Shown here piece after piece: positions 1 through 13,697 of a stretch of 64,000 nt of DNA. Numbering within the stretch: the stretch's first letter is position 1; every line of letters begins with the position of its first letter. The stretch comes from Octopus vulgaris (taxonomy: Eukaryota), in assembly GCA_951406725.2 (NCBI GenBank), contig OX597818.1, positions 54,002,001 through 54,066,000 on the forward strand, read 5' to 3'. Under the pieces are notes generated by a model. The model saw only the letters and a program-made list of their open reading frames with translations. It searched no databases and had not been told where the DNA came from. A program made the position numbers and the translations under genes.

Positions 1-374
1 CTGACGCAGGCAGTTTGTTCCATGCTTCAGCAACTCTGAGCGTGAAAAAATGTTTCTGAAAGTCATGGGAGCTGTGTTGTTTTCTGACTTTGTAGGCATG
101 TCCACGTGTGTTAGACACATGGAGATCAAAAAGGTGTTCAGTGTTGTCCTCACATTTCTTTTTGCTGTTATACCTGACTCATTTGACACCAGAGAATTGT
201 AATGCTATCAGGGCCAGAGCCATGCTACTCAACCTCCTAAATTCTTTTGGATATTTAACCACCTGAGACTACTTTTGGTTTTATGATACAAACCCCTTCT
301 TTTTAAGTGATTTAAATTAACAGCCTTCCATCAAAATAAAATTCTGCATCATTTTAAAATTTAATTGAAACAAA

Positions 375-539
375 GGCGCAGGAGTGGCTCTGTGGTAAGT
401 AGCTTGCTTACGAACCACATGGTTCCGGGTTCAGTCCCACTGCGTGGCACCTTGGGCAAGTGTCTTCTACTATAGCCTCGGGTTGACCAAAGCCTTGTGA
501 GTGGATTTGGCAGACGGAAACTGAAAGAAGCCCATCGTA

Positions 540-589
<50 letters not shown>

Positions 590-953
590 ACTTGCTTACG
601 AACTACATGGTCCCTGGTTCAGTCCCACTGCGTGGCACCTTGGGCAAGTGTCTTCTACTATAGCCTCAGGTTGACCAAACCCTTGTGAGTGGATTTGGTA
701 GACGGAAACTAAAAGAAGCCTGTCGTATATATGTATATATATGTGTGTGTGTGTCTGTGTTTGTCCCCCCACCAACATCACTTGACAACCGATGCTGGTG
801 TGCTTACGTCCCCGTAACTTAGCGGTTCGGCAAAAGGGACCGATAGAATAAGTACAAGGCTGCCAAAGAATAAGTCCTGGGGGTCGATTTGCTCAACTAA
901 AGGCGGTGCTCCAGCATGGCCACAGTCAGATGACTAAAACAAATAAAAAGAGT
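375..953 (+). mobile_element. tRNA-derived SINE family A (5' half + second copy)
   Basis: A/B-box-like head (TGTGGTAAG..GGTTCAGTCCC), CCTTGGGCAAGTG, internal (TA)n(TG)n and AAGTAAAAGA tail. Other copies at ~4055, 6535(-), 28359, 33665, 34188(-), 41052, 43192(-), 45051, 45600(-), 47172(-), 62352 and 62776(-). Confidence 0.85.
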
Positions 954-1116
954 AATTATTCACTGGGCGTGCCAATCAAAAAGGTGTGGGTTGTCTATCT
1001 CTATGCTAAACAATGCTTGGCTGATGATATATAATAGGAACGAAACAATCAGAGTTGTCCAACACACCACCAAATATCAAGTCATTGCTCTCTGCATTCT
1101 GTAATTCATTTGATTT

Positions 1117-1741
1117 ATAATAATAATAATAATGAAATTATTGTATACAGTGCTCAGGTGCACCACAACTTGTCAGAAAGTGCATATAAAGTACATGCAG
1201 TAATGTAAAAATGTCTGGAAAGCGAACAATGCATGAGTCAGATACATGCTTGTGTGTGTATGGAGGGCAGAAAATCAGGTGTAGTGTTGGCGAATCTCAG
1301 AAAGCATGGAAGTTTTGAAGGATGCAATGCTCCGACAACTAACAACTGATGCTGGCAGTTTGTTCCATGCTTCAGCAACTCTTAGCATGAAAAAAATGTT
1401 TCCTAAAGTCATGGGAGCTGTGCTGTTTTCTGACTTTGTAAATATGTCCACGGGTGTTAGACAGGTGGAGTTTGAAAAGGTGCTCAGAGTTATTGTTAGT
1501 ACGATGGTTGATAATTTTATGGGTGTCTGCCAAGTCAGCTGCCAGACGTCGGAGTTTCAATGTGTCCATGCCCAGGGAAGTAAGGCGTTCAGGATATGGC
1601 AAATGCCTGATGGAGGGTATTCTTTTGGTTGCACGTCGCTGAACAGCTTCCAGACGATTGATATCCTGGGCAAGATAGGGGTTCCAGACCGGTGATGCAA
1701 ATTCCAGATGAGGTCTTACCATAGCTATATAAAGCCGCAGG
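1117..1741 (-). mobile_element. CR1 LINE 3' fragment (same family as 49567-51840)
   Basis: ORF MVRPHLEFASPVWNPYLAQDINRLEAVQRRATK... is near-identical to the 51260-51840 region. A more diverged related fragment lies at 1-150. Confidence 0.92.
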
Positions 1742-2869
1742 GGTTGTCTCCCCTATCTTTCTTGATTATTTATTCCGGCAGATTTTTTTCTGATTGCTGA
1801 GGGTTTGGTTTTAAAAATAAATAGACTACTTAATTATTTATTTTAGGCAAAATTATGCCGCTGGCGGTTGAGTTATGGCTTAAAAGTTTGTAATGAACCA
1901 TAAGAAGTACATATATGACCGAAACAATGATTACTTTCGGTAAATTTTTATTATTATACCCAAGGTGTATCTACTAATGTTTGGACGAGCTTCAAATGGG
2001 AGAAGGAAAACATAGTTGTTAATGACAATTAAACTAACTAGTCAAAAATACCCATTAAAATATAAGCTAATAAATTATAGAAATATCCCAAATGAAAATT
2101 ACTTTATTTTATTACCCTAAAAAATTTAGAATGGTAAACTTTTAAAATCTCTGTGGATCGTACACGTGGTTGGATAATTTCCCTCTTGGTTGTCGTTTAA
2201 TCCCGATTAAGCAAATTTATAAAGTATAGACGTTCCAGCCATGACTAAGCCGTTTCGAGCTGGCAGAATCGTTAGCACGCCGGGCGAAATGCGTAGCCGT
2301 GTTTCGTCTGCTGTTACGTTCTGAGTTCAAATTCCGCCGAGGTCGACTTTGCCTTTCATCCTTTCGGGGTCGATTAAATAAGTATCGGTTACGCACTGGG
2401 GTCGATATAATCGACTTAATCCGTTTGTCTGTCTTCTCTGTGTTTAGCCCCTTGTGGGTAGTAAAGAAGTAGGTATTTCGTCTGTCTTTACGTTCGACTT
2501 TGCCTTTCATCCTTTCGGGTCGATAAATTAAATACCAGTTGAGTACTAGGGTCGATGTCATCGATTTGCCCCTTTTCCCAAAATTTCAGGCCTTGCGCCT
2601 AGTGAAGAAAATATTATCCAATGTATTCTTCTAAGAGAGTTGTGTGTAGCGGTTTGAAAGACTTCGTAGAGGGAGACCCCTGATTTGTCTGATGATGATG
2701 ATGATGATGGTTGCGATATTGCTAGGCATTCCGACCGTGGCTATGACGTCGAGGAACAGTGTAGCCAGGATATTATATTATAGAATGTATCTTTTTACTT
2801 TAAAAAAGATATGAGATTTGATTGATTTTTTTTCTAGCAAGTCGAGAGAATTTGTGGAGGCTTCATTTC

Positions 2870-3597
2870 TTATTTCTTTATTGCCCACAAAGGGCTAAAC
2901 ATAGAGGGGACAAACAAAGGGATTAAGCCGATTAGATAGATCCCAGTGTGTAACTGGTACTTAATTTATCGACCCCGAAAGAATGAAAGACAAAGTCGAC
3001 CTCGGCGGAATTTGAACTCAGAACGTAACGGCAGACGAAATACCTATTTCTTTACTACCCACAAGGGGCTAAACACAGAGAGGAGAAACAAGGAAACGGA
3101 TTAAGTCGATTACATCGACCCCAGTGCGTAACTGGTACTTATTTAATCGACCCCGAAAGGATGAAAGGCAAAATCAACCTCGGTGGAATTTGAACTCAGA
3201 ACATAGCGGCAGACGAAATACCTATTTCTTTACTACTCACAAGGGGCCACACACAGAGGGGACAAACAAGGACAGACAAACGGATTAAGTCGATTACATC
3301 GACACCAGTGCGTAACTAGTACTTAATTTATCGACCCCGAAAGGATGAAAGGCAAAGTCAACCTCGGTGGAATTTGAACTCAGAACGTAACGACAGACGA
3401 AACACCAATTTCTTTACTACCCACAAGGGGCTAAACACAGAGGGAACAAACAAGAACAGACAAACGGATTAAGTCGATTATATAAGGATGAAAGGCAAAG
3501 TCAACCTCGGTGGAATTTGAACTCAGAACGTAACGGCAGGCGAAATACGGCTCCGCATTTCGCCCGGCGTGCTAACAATTCTGCCAGCTCGCCGCCA
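2870..3597 (-). mobile_element. tRNA-derived SINE family B (Meta-domain-like), head-to-tail multimer
   Basis: Core GACTTTGCCTTTCATCCTTTCGGGGTCGATAAA..AGTACC resembles the MetaSINE/Sauria central domain; four units. Other copies at ~2257, 12437(-), 18178(-), 19328(-), 22817, 33206(-), 47644 and 63718(-). Confidence 0.8.
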
Positions 3598-3933
3598 TTG
3601 GAGGTTTCATTTCTTTGATGATGATGAGTATCAAGTGACCGTGCTTCTTCTGTTGATACTATATGGCGATTATGATGCTAATGATAATTATGCTGACAAT
3701 AATGTTGATGATGGTGGTGGTGGTGGTGGTGGTGGTGGTGGTAACAACTGCGACGAAGTCACTATGCTGAACTCGTGACATTTACACGAAAATCTAAATT
3801 CAATGACATCGAATTCAGTGAAATATATCAGAGAAATTTTTTTCTTTTTTTTAGGTTTTAGTTTTGTTTCTGATACTCATACAAGAGTTAGTCAGTCGGG
3901 TGAGAGGGAAATATAGATAGACGAGAGCAAGGT

Positions 3934-4485
3934 GGCAATCTTACGGTTCTAGTATACTTTTCCGTCGATTTCCGTAAAAAAAACTTTTATTTTTTTACAT
4001 ATGGGCTTGCGGGAACTTTTGAAGTAATGAGAGCGAAAGAGACTAAGAGAAAGCGAGTGGCTGTGTGGTAAGTAGCTTGCCTACCAACCACATGGTTCTG
4101 GGTTCAGTCCCACTGCGTGGCATCTTGGGCAGGTGTCTTCTGCTATAGCTTTGGGCCGACCAATGCCTTGTGAGTGGATTTGGTAGACGGAAACTGAAAG
4201 AAACCTGTCGTATATATGTGTATGTATATGTTTGTGTGTCTGTGTTTGTCCCCCTAGCATTGCTTGACAACCGATGCTGGTGTGTTTACGTCCCTGTCGC
4301 TTAGCGGTTCAGCAAAAGAGACTGATAGAATAAGTACTGGGCTTACAAAGAATAAGTCCCGGGGTCGATTTTCTCGACTAAAGGCGGTGCTCCAGCATGG
4401 CCGCAGTCAAATGACTGAAACAAGTAAAAGAGATTGTATGACAAGGGAAGTACTTTTGAAGTTACTGCGCATGGAAGCATTGATG

Positions 4486-4521
<36 letters not shown>

Positions 4522-5246
4522 ATGGGGTGTGGGAGACAGACAGTATGTTGTGTAAGTGAAGTGCTTCTGTTAGTGTGTGTGAAGAGACAGAGAGAGTAAT
4601 GTGTGAAAGAGAGAGATAACTGAAATTTTTTACTCGGTTTTTGTAGTGCGTGCGTGTGTATGCATGTATGTGTATATGTATGTATGCATGTATGTGTGTA
4701 TGTATCTATGTATGTATGCGTGTGTGTATGTATGTGTGTGTGTATGTATGTATTTCCATTCAGTCAACCTCATTATTTTCTACATAGCAGACCGTTACAT
4801 AAACAGGCAAAGGTACATACATACACACCCACACATACATACACACACACACACACATACACACACACACATACATAGATACATACACACACACATACAT
4901 GCATACACATGCACGCACTACAAAAACCGAGTAAAAAATTTCAGCTATCTCTCTCTTTCACCCATTACTCTCTCTGTCTCTTCACACACACTAACAGAAG
5001 CACTTCACTTACACAACATACTTTCTGTCTCCCACACCCCATCAAACACACACACACACATACACACATGTACATCAATGCTTCCTATGCGCGGTAACTT
5101 CAAAAGAACTTCCCTCGTCATACAATCGCTTTCTCTTAGTCTCTTTCGCTCTCATTACTTCAAAAGTTCCCGCAAGCCCATATGTAAAAAAATAAAAGTT
5201 TTTTACGGAAATCGACGGAAAAGTATACTAGAACCGTAAGATTGCC
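3934..5246. repeat. long fold-back element; left arm interrupted by SINE A (4055-4433)
   Basis: Ends GGCAATCTTACGGTTCTAGTATAC / GTATACTAGAACCGTAAGATTGCC. The arms stay reverse-complementary up to the central (TG)n/(CA)n tracts, with a ~60-bp spacer. Confidence 0.9.
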
Positions 5247-5624
5247 GAGAACTTTATTGAGGCTCTGATGAAACTGTAAGTTGTTACTCAGGTACTCAAT
5301 TGTGAGTCCATCACATCCTACAGTGGAACAGCTGTAAGCTAATGAAGTTCATAAGATAATCGTTTTTCCTTTTGTCATCTCTTCTGTTTGTGTGTGTGTG
5401 AGATTGTTTAGTTTTATGTCAAAGATTTCTTACTAATAGAGAAAGAGCCGGTTTCTAACCTAGATTCAAGGCTCCATCATTGGAATTTCAACATCAAACA
5501 ACAGAGTATTTTTGTTTGTCCTTATTCAGTTTATTTCAAGATTTCTTGCCAATAGAAAAAGAACTGGTGTCTAACCTAGATCCAAGGCTCCTTTATTGGA
5601 ATTTCAACAACAACATACAGATTT

Positions 5625-6086
5625 GTATGTTTTATGTATGTATTCTCACGCATATAGCTGCATATCTAGACATGTATTATGCATGTATGTACCGATTTGA
5701 ATATTTGATGTATGTATTCTCATGCATATAGTTGCATATCTAGACATGCTCATATATATTTAAATGATAAACTTCTGGAAAGTTTTACAGATGTTTACAG
5801 TTCCAGTGATGGATTGGATCTGTAGTCTTCGAATTAGCTTTCTCCTTTCAGGTTTTGAGATGCCTAATTTCTCAAGATTGGTATTTAGGCAGTGTGTTAC
5901 AAATCCCAGGGTCCCAATAATTATAGGTATAAACCTGAACTTGTAATCTGGATAGACTAACTGCAAATTTCTCGATAGTTCAGCATAGGTGTTCTCTTTT
6001 TCACTGATCTTCAGCTTCGTGTTAACAACCTCTGGGCAGCTAATTTCCACAACTGTATACAGTTTCTCTTCTCTATCGCAAATCAT
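5625..6086 (-). mobile_element. 3' fragment of an RLE-type (R4/Dong-like) non-LTR retrotransposon
   Basis: DREEKLYTVVEISCP..EKENTYAEL..IPIIIGTLG matches the restriction-like endonuclease C-terminus (E.SCP..K..KY..L..PIIIG.LG). Confidence 0.75.
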
Positions 6087-7280
6087 TAGTGTGTGTGTTC
6101 ACAAATATGCACCTAAAAGGGAGACCAGACAGAAGAGAGAAAGACGAAGAAGTGAGAAAGATTCTTCAAAAACTTATCAAAGAATGCAGAGAATGGTCTT
6201 GCGCCAGGTTACCACTGAATGAACTGACCAATGATAAATGACGTTCCATCCACGAACACCCCATTTATTTTTAAATGTAGAATATCTAGCACTATATTAT
6301 TTAACGTGTCCCTCTGATTTTAAGGGTGCAGGTTGTGATTTCGCAACTATTTCTAGCAGGTTGAACGGCTACGTAGACTAATTCGATAGTTGTTAAAAAT
6401 GTGTTATTTAACCCCAGGTCAGCCCTTATCAAGCAGAACTATGATGCGAGGCATTTCAGCAACAATCATCATGATTTTGTGCGTGAATGTGCGCGCGCGA
6501 GACTGTGTGTGTGTATCAGCGACGACATTTCTGCTCTTTTGCTCTTTTACTTGTTTCAGTCATTTGACTGCGGCCATGCTGGAGCACCGCCTTTAATCGA
6601 GCAACTCGACCCCGGGACTTATTCTTTTGTAAGCCCAGTACTTATTCTATCGGTCCCTTTTGCAGAACCGCTAAGTAACGGGGACATAAACACACCAGCA
6701 TCGGTTGTCAAGCAATGCTAGAGAGACAAACACAGACATACAAATGCATACACACATACATACATATATATAGATATATACGACAGGCTTCTTTCAGTTT
6801 CCGTCTACCAAATCCACTCACAAGGCATTGGTCGGCACGAGGCAATAGTAGAAGACACTTGCCCAAGATGCCACGCAGTGGGACTGAACCCGTAACCACG
6901 TGGTTGGTAAACAAGCTACTTACCACGCAGCCACTCCTGCATCATCGTTTTTCAAAAATTTTATGTCAGACGGTAGGTTGTAATTGGTGAGGGTTTGGCT
7001 ACTAGTTTTAGCACATCGGACAACAACGTGGAGTCTCCCACTTCTTGGTGTTATGTAGAGATAGCATGGTGTCGTTGTTTAGCATCAGACCAATCCTAAT
7101 CGAAAAGACACATGACCAGAATGCTTTATAAGGATGTTAATTATTCGAACTCCAGTACTGGTCCTTTAATTTATTGAACCCTGTAAACGAATATGACCGC
7201 AGTGAGATTTGAACGCAGGTGGAATTTGGAAGATTTCGTCACTATGTCTAGTAGACCCAGCAACCACGCATAGGCTTCTG

Positions 7281-10200
7281 GCTCGTAGTAATAGCATAAA
7301 ATGTTTGGAAGATTTGGTTGCTATGTCTAGCAGACTGAACGGCTACTAAAGAGGTTTCCTCGTTGGCTCGTAGTACTAGCATAAAATGTTTGGAAGATTT
7401 GGCTGCTATGTCTAGCAGACTGAACGGCTACTAAAGTGGTTCACTCGTTGGCTCGTAGTAATAGCATAAAATGTTTGGAAGATTTGGTTGCTATGTCTAG
7501 CAGACTGAACGGCTACTAAAGAGGTTTCCTCGTTGGCTCGTAGTAAGAGCATAAAATGTTTGGAAGATTTGGTTGCTATGTCTAGCAGACTGAACGGCTA
7601 CTAAAGAGGTTTCCTCGTTGGCACGTAGTAATAGCATAAAATGTTTGGAAGATTTGGTTGCTATGTCTAGCAGACTGAACGGCTACTAAAGAGGTTTCCT
7701 CGTTGGCTCGTAGTAATAGCATAAAATGTTTGGAAGATTTGGTTGCTATGTCTAGCAGAGTGAACGGCTACTAAAGAGGTTTCCTCGTTGGCTCGTAGTA
7801 ATAGCATAAAATGTTTGGAAGATTTGGTTGTTATGTCTAGCAGACTGAACGGCTATTAAAGTGGTTTCTTCGTTGGCTCGTAGTAATAGCATAAAATGTT
7901 TGGAAGATTTGGTTGCTATGTCTAGCAGACTGAACGGCTACTAAAGAGGTTTCCTCGTTGGCTCGTAGTATTAGCATAAAATGTTTGGAAGATTTGGTTG
8001 CTATGTCTAGCAGACTGAACGGCTACTAAAGAGGTTTTCTCGTTGGCTCGTAGTAATAGCATAAAATGTTTGGAAGATTTGGTTGCTATGTCTAGCAGAC
8101 TGAACGGCTACTAAAGAGGTTTTCTCGTTGGCTCGTAGTAATAGCATAAAATGTTTGGAAGATTTGGTTGCTATGTCTAGCAGACTGAACCGCTACTAAA
8201 GAGGTTTCCTCGTTGGCTCATAGTAATAGCATAAAATGTTTTGAAGATTTGGTTGCTATGTCTAGCAGACTGAACGGCTACTAAAGAGGTTTCCTCATTG
8301 GCTCGTAGTAATAGCATAAAATGTTTGGAAGATTTGGTTGCTATGTCTAGCAGACTGAACGGCTACTAAAGAGGTTTTCTCGTTGGCTCGTAGTAATAGC
8401 ATAAAATGTTTGGAAGATTTGGTTGCTATGTCTAGCAGACTGAACGGCTACTAAAGAGGTTTCCTCGTTGGCTCGTAGTAATAGCATAAAATGTTTGGAA
8501 GATTTGGTTGCTATGTCTAGCAGACTGAACCGCTACTAAAGAGGTTTCCTCGTTGGCTCGTACTAATAGCATAAAATGTTTGGAAGATTTGGTTGCTATG
8601 TCTAGCAGACTGAACGGCTACTAAAGAGGTTTCCTCGTTGGCTCGTAGTAATAGCATAAAATGTTTGGAAGATTTGGTTGCTATATCTAGCAGACTGAAC
8701 GGCTACTAAAGAGGTTTCCTCGTTGGCTCGTAGTAATAGCATAAAATGTTTGGAAGATTTGGTTGCTATGTCTAGCAGACTGAACGGCTACTAAAGAGGT
8801 TTCCTCTTTGGCTCGTAGTAATAGCATAAAATGTTTGGAAGATTTGGTTGCTATGTCTAGCAGACTGAACCGCTACTAAAGAGGTTTCCTCGTTGGCTCG
8901 TAGTAATAGCACAAAATGTTTGGAAGATTTGGTTGCTATGTCTAGTAGACTGAAAGGCAACTAAAGAGGTTTCCTCGTTGGCTCGTAGTAATAGCATAAA
9001 ATGTTTGGAAGATTTGGTTGCTATGTCTAGCAGACTGAACGGCTACTAAAGAGGTTTCCTCGTTGGCTCGTAGTAATAGCATAAAATGTTTGGAAGATTT
9101 GGTTGCTATGTCTAGCAGACTGGACGGCTACTAAAGAGGTTTCCTCGTTGGCTCGTAGTAATAGCATAAAATGTTTGGAAGATTTCGTTGCTATGTCTAG
9201 CAGACTGAACGGCTACTAAAGAGGTCTCCTCGTTGGCTCGTAGTAATAGCATAAAATGTTTGGAAGATTTGGCTGCTATGTCTAGCAGACTGGACGGCTA
9301 CTAAAGAGGTTTCCTCGTTGGCTCGTAGTAATAGCGATAAATGTTTGGAAGATTTGGTTGCTATGTCTAACAGACTGAACGGCTACTAAAGAGGTTTCCT
9401 CGTTGGCTCGTAGTAATAGCATAAAATGTTTGGAAGAATAGGTTGCTATGTCTAGCAGACTGAACGGCTACTAAAGAGGTTTCCTCGTTGGCTCGTAGTA
9501 ATAGCATAAAATGTTTGGAAGATTTGGTTGCTATGTCTAGCAGACTGAACGGCTACTAAAGAGGTTTCCTCGTTGGCTCGTAGTAATAGCATAAAATGTT
9601 TGGAAGATTTGGTTGCTATGTCTAGCAGACTGAACCGCTACTAAAGAGGTTTCCTCGTTGACTCGTAGTAATAGCATAAAATGTTTGGAAGATTTGGTTG
9701 CTATGTCTAGCAGACTGAACCGCTACTAAAGAGGTTTCCTCGTTGGCTCGTAGTAATAGCATAAAATGTTTTGAAGATTTGGTTGCTATGTCTAGCAGAC
9801 TGAACGGCTATTAAAGAGGTTTCCTCATTGGCTCGTAGTAATAGCATAAAATGTTTGGAAGATTTGGTTGCTATGTCTAGCAGACTGAACGGCTACTAAA
9901 GAGGTTTCCTCGTTGGCTCGTAGTAATAGCATAAAATGTTTGGAAGATTTGGTTGCTATGTCTAGCAGACTGAACCGCTACTAAAGAGGTTTCCTCGTTG
10001 GCTCGTAGTAATAGCATAAAATGTTTGGAAGATTTGGTTGCTATGTCTAGCAGACTGAACGGCTACTAAAGAGGTTTCCTCGTTGGCTCGTAGTAATAGC
10101 ATAAAATGTTTGGTAGATTTGGTTGCTATGTCTAGCAGACTAACCGGCTTTTAAAGAGTTTTCCTTGTTGGCTCGTAGTAATAGCATAAAATGTTTGGAA

Positions 10201-11024
10201 GATTTGGTTGCTATGTCTAGCAGACTGAACCGCTACTAAAGAGGTTTCCTCGTTGGCTCGTAGTAATAGCATAAAATGTTTGGAAGATTTGGTTGCTATG
10301 TCTAGCAGACTGAACGGCTACTAAAGAGGTTTCCTCGTTGGCTCGTAGTACTAGCATAAAATGTTTGGAATTTTTGGTTGCTATGTCTAGCAGACTGAAC
10401 GGCTACTAAAGAGGTTGCCTCGTTGGCTCGTAGTAATAGCATAAAATGTTTGGAAGATTTGGTTGCTATGTCTAACAGACTGAATGACTACTAAAGAGGT
10501 TTCCTCATTGGCTCGTAGTAATAGCATAAAATGTTTGGAAGATTTGGTTGCTATGTCTAGCAGACTGAACGGCTACTAAAGAGGTTTCCTCGTTGGCTCG
10601 TAGTAATAGCATAAAATGTTTGGAAGAATAGGTTGCTATGTCTAGCAGACTGAACGTCTACTAAAGAGGTTTCCTCGTTGGCTCGTAGTAATAGCATAAA
10701 ATGTTTGGAAGATTTGGTTGCTATGTCTAGCAGACTGAACGTCTACTAAAGAGGTTTCCTCGTTGGCTCGTAGTATTAGCATAAAATGTTTGGAAGATTT
10801 GGTTGCTATGTCTAGCAGACTGAACGGCTACTAAAGAGGTTTCCTCGTTGGCTCGTAGTAATAGCATAAAATGTTTGGAAGATTTGGTTGCTATGTCTAG
10901 CAGACTGAACGGCTACTAAAGAGGTTTCCTCGTTGGCTCGTAGTAATAGCATAAAATGTTTGGAAGATTTGGCTGCTATGTCAAGCAGAGTGAGCGGCTT
11001 TCAAGAGGTTTTCTTGTTGGCTCG
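7281..11024. repeat. 85-bp tandem satellite, 44 units (plus a degenerate unit from ~7220)
   Basis: Unit GCTCGTAGTAATAGCATAAAATGTTTGGAAGATTTGGTTGCTATGTCTAGCAGACTGAACGGCTACTAAAGAGGTTTCCTCGTTG starts at 7281, 7366, 7451 ... 11020. The 85-bp register holds across the interior. Confidence 0.98.
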
Positions 11025-12061
11025 AAATAAAACGAAACGAAATGGTGCCGTCATGCAGGAAGAGAATGTTATCTTTTCTGCTGCTTTCTAACACTTTTGG
11101 TTGAGGAATCTATTCCTCCTTATCCTCTCTTTCTTCCACTGTGTTAAAAAAAAGAAAGAGATAGCTACAGAAACTGTCATTGCAATACACCCTGGTACAA
11201 ATAACCTACTAGTCCGTCGGTCTACCAGGATTTGTTTCGTTTCGTCTCTTTTGAATGAGGGTGTGCCCTGTTTTTGTTGTATGTAAAAGCATGCGCCGTG
11301 AATGAATCCAAGCGTGTAGCGTGTCGTTGACCTGAAGCCTTGTGCTCCGTGTTGTATTTGCTTTAGCCCTCGTCATCGTCATTATTATTAACTCCAAATC
11401 GACCTTGGTCGAGCAGATATATAATCAACGACATTCAAACCATGGCCATCCCGTCTTTTTAGGGACATCATCTCACGTGTCCGTTGCTCTTTGATTTCCC
11501 AACACGGCAGGGTATGGTTTAAGAGATATTTAACTGCTATTTCTAGCAGGTAGAACGATCCCTTTGACTCTTTCAAGGTCTATACTGTCATTTTTGTAAT
11601 ATCTATCTTTGTAGCTCATCCTTCAGTTCCTATATTTATCTCTCTTTCTCCTTGTCTCTCTCACTATTTCTTTCTTACTCCTAATCTCTCTCGCTCTTTC
11701 CCACCTTCTTGTGTCCCTCGACGTCTCCGTCTCCTATTGTTTATATGTCTATTCATTTCTCTCCTTTCTGTTTCCTGTATGTAATTAATAACCGTGACAC
11801 TCCGGACCGGCATGTACATTAACTCGGAGAAATTACCGCATGAAATAACAAAAATAACAAACCCAGACTCGACATAAAACAGCCAAGGACAAAAATCTCG
11901 TCTAATACAAAGAAAATGTGAATGAAAAGAAAAGAGATTGTTAGTAAACTAAACCTCCCATCGGTCTCGAAATACACAAAACAGCTCCCACTATTCATAT
12001 TTTACACAAAGAAGTTACATAAAAAAGATTTAAAGATCGTATATAAGGTGATCAGTCTAGA

Positions 12062-12210
12062 ATGTTAGTACAATTGCGGAGATTTCGTTCATTGAGAATG
12101 TTGAAGTCTTTTTTACTTCAGTCGCGTGTCGGCCAATGTCTTGTAATTTTTGGATTTGCACTTTTGTTGTACCTGTACTGGGCCTCTAAGTTCAAGTCAC
12201 TTGATAACAG
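12062..12210 (+). CDS. GH35 beta-galactosidase-1-like (GLB1L2/3-type) gene, exon 1 (N-terminal signal anchor)
   Basis: ATG at 12062 (second in-frame ATG at 12098). Encodes MLVQLRRFRSLRMLKSFLLQSRVGQCLVIFGFALLLYLYWASKFKSLDN(R). Strong donor AG|GTAAGT at 12210/12211. Phase 2 joins exon 2 in frame (AG+A=Arg). The link across a 23.9-kb intron is inferred from phase and protein logic. Confidence 0.72.
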
Positions 12211-12219
12211 GTAAGTGAA

Positions 12220-12258
<39 letters not shown>

Positions 12259-13697
12259 ATTGTCCATACCAAATATATTGATAATTATTATTATTTCGGC
12301 ATATTTACATATAACTCAATGGATCCATTGCTTCTGATTTTTGCTGTTGATACTGTTTATGTTTCCTACGGATACGGGTTTACAGCAGTTACCGATCTTT
12401 TTCCAAAAGCACATGAATATACATACATACATACATATTTCTTTACTACCCACAAGGGGCTAAACACAGGGGGGACAAACAAGGACAGACATAGGTATTA
12501 AGTCGATTACATCAACCCCAGTCCGTAACTGGTACTTAATTTATCGACCCCGAAAGGAATATATATATATATATTAATAATAATGGTAAGACTACAAAAG
12601 AATGAAAGAGACCTCGATATTGTGTAAATAGAGGAATTTATCTGTAATGCGTACATGCATGTATTTATGCATACCTGCGTGTATGCGAGATATATGCACG
12701 GTAAGGTAGGGGTTATGTACGTGATATGATATATTTAAGGTGACTAATAGCGTCGGATGGATTGCTTTGCAGTAGTCGTTCCTCTCGCGCTCCGAGTTCA
12801 AATCACGCTAAAATCAGCTTAGCCTTTCATCCTTTTTGGGGGGGGGGGGTCAATAAATACAGGGGTCGATTCTTCTCTTTCTGCACTTCTTTTTTTTTTT
12901 CTGTCAGTTTGTCATTCTCTCTTCTGCAAGATAATCTGTTAGGGTTAATTTTGGAGAAGGATAGGCTCCACCCTATGATTCCGTCTAGGGTTAATAATCG
13001 AATTAAGGCCAACTGCTAGCGTCAAGAGCAGTCCAACAATGGTGACCCTCTCTACTGTATCACTGTATAGCAAACTAGCTACGAATTAAGACAAAATGTG
13101 CTGAATATAAAATAGTGAATTAAAATTCAATTTTGTTTCAGGCCGTACAACCATATTTGATTATATGTCGTTTATTTTTAAAATTGTATTTATTTAGAAC
13201 TAGTTCTAATATCTACTCTTATCAGTTTAACTATAAGCTGTATATACAAATTATTTGCTTGTAACCAGGTCAAATTTAAAAATTATTTTGTACACATTTT
13301 GCAAAGCCCTTGATTAGCTTCTTTTGCACCAGGGTAAATCCCTACTGGGGGTGGAAAAATAAAATCAAAATGCAACAACAAAAACTGTGGTATTTTCCTT
13401 GGTACCTTATTTTAATGAATGTTTAATCAGAACATTTTATATACATCATCATCATCGTCATCATCAGCTTCTTCTTCTTCTTTGTTAGTATAGGGTGGTT
13501 GTTTTGACAGGATCCTATGGATCGGAGGAATGTGTCATGCTTCAGTGTTTACCTTGACATGGTTTCTAAAGCTGTGGATATCCTTCTTAATGCCAACCAC
13601 TTTACAGAAAGTACTGGGTGCATTTTTATGGCATCAGCAATAGTGAGGCCACCCTGTAACTTGCACGAATATATATTTTAGATATTATATTTTAGAC

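Noticed and set aside
361-781. Recurrent short ORFs such as SFSFRLPNPLTR, MLAWVGRFNWG and MKGKVDLGG
   Set aside because: Chance frames within high-copy SINE and RTE 3'UTR sequence; they recur only because the repeat recurs.
7281-11024. CRISPR-like regular array
   Set aside because: The units are repeated over their full 85 bp with no unique spacers, there are no cas genes, and the context is eukaryotic.
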